Shown here piece after piece: positions 63,441 through 64,000 of a stretch of DNA of 64,000 nt. Under the pieces are notes generated by a model. It worked only from the letters and a program-made list of their open reading frames with translations, did not search any database and was not told the DNA's origin. The position numbers were made by a program, and so were the translations under genes. Every line of letters starts with the position of its first letter. Positions within the stretch are counted from its first letter, which is position 1. The stretch is from Octopus sinensis (taxonomy: Eukaryota), in contig NC_043002.1 in the NCBI RefSeq assembly GCF_006345805.1, positions 6,200,001 through 6,264,000 on the forward strand, given 5' to 3'.

Positions 63441-63990
63441 AGGCGGCGAGCTGGCAGAATCGTTAGCACGCCGGGCGAAATGCTTAGCATTATTTCGTCT
63501 GCCGCTACGTTCTGAGTTCAAATTCCGCCAAGGTCGACTTTGCCTTTCATCCTTTCGGGGTCGATAGATTAAGTACCAGTTACGCACTGGCGTCAATATA
63601 ATCGACTTAATCCGGTTGTCTGTCCTTGTTTGTCCTCTCTGTGTTTAGCCCCTTGTGGTTAGTAAAGAAATAGGTATTTCGTCTGCCGCTACGTTCTGAG
63701 TTCAAATTCCGCCGAGGTCGACTTTGCATTTCACCCTTCGGGGTCGATTAAATAAGTGCTAGTTACTCACTGGGGTCGATATAATCGACTTAATCCGTTT
63801 GTCTGTCCTTGTTTGTCCTCTCTGTATTTATCCCCTTGTGGGTAGTAAAGAAATAGGTATTTCGTCTGTTTTTACGTTCTGAATTCATATTCCGCTGAGG
63901 TCGACTTTGCCTTACATCCTTTCGGGGTCGTTAAATGAAGTACCAGTTGCGTGCTGGGGTCGATCTAATCGACTTCCCACCCCATTCTTC
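63441..63990 (+). mobile_element. SINE-A trimer (one head, three units with period 184/183, last unit with T2-type end)
   Basis: tatttcgtctg at 63491, 63675 and 63858. Confidence 0.9.
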
Positions 63991-64000
63991 TCTCTCCCCA

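Noticed and set aside
63491-63990. CRISPR-like or satellite interpretation of the regular repeats
   Set aside because: Units are full SINE bodies without unique spacers; eukaryotic context with no cas genes

Overview
AT-rich, microsatellite-saturated eukaryotic DNA with no intact multi-exon gene, rRNA, true tRNA or CRISPR that I can support. The SINE families match those I recall from octopus, so Octopus/coleoid origin is an inference, not verified. Almost every long ORF in the track is a translated microsatellite. The real content is a transposon graveyard. Retroelements: decayed Tx1-like, R4/Dong-like and RTE LINE pieces, two Penelope-like (PLE) fragments (GIY-YIG and RT), and many tRNA-derived SINE copies, several with exact TSDs. 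DNA elements: an internally deleted SPIN/Charlie-type hAT with TIRs and 8-bp TSD, a DD37D-like mariner fragment, a Chapaev3-like fragment and two non-autonomous Helitrons. There are also several fold-back elements and two recent tandem duplications. The most notable unannotated signal is a set of type I hammerhead ribozyme folds in at least six different repeat contexts: 733-816, 6974-7025, 14739-14802, 57201-57238, and two multi-copy (TA)n-associated families. The one at 14739-14802 has a fully canonical core. Other observations are a 46-nt mariner patch templated into the Chapaev coding region, a flipped loop in the Helitron 3' hairpin, 184-bp head-to-tail SINE multimers inserted as single units, head/tail module swapping among SINEs, and a few isolated candidate exons. 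All alignments were done by eye, and ends without a TSD or TIR are approximate.
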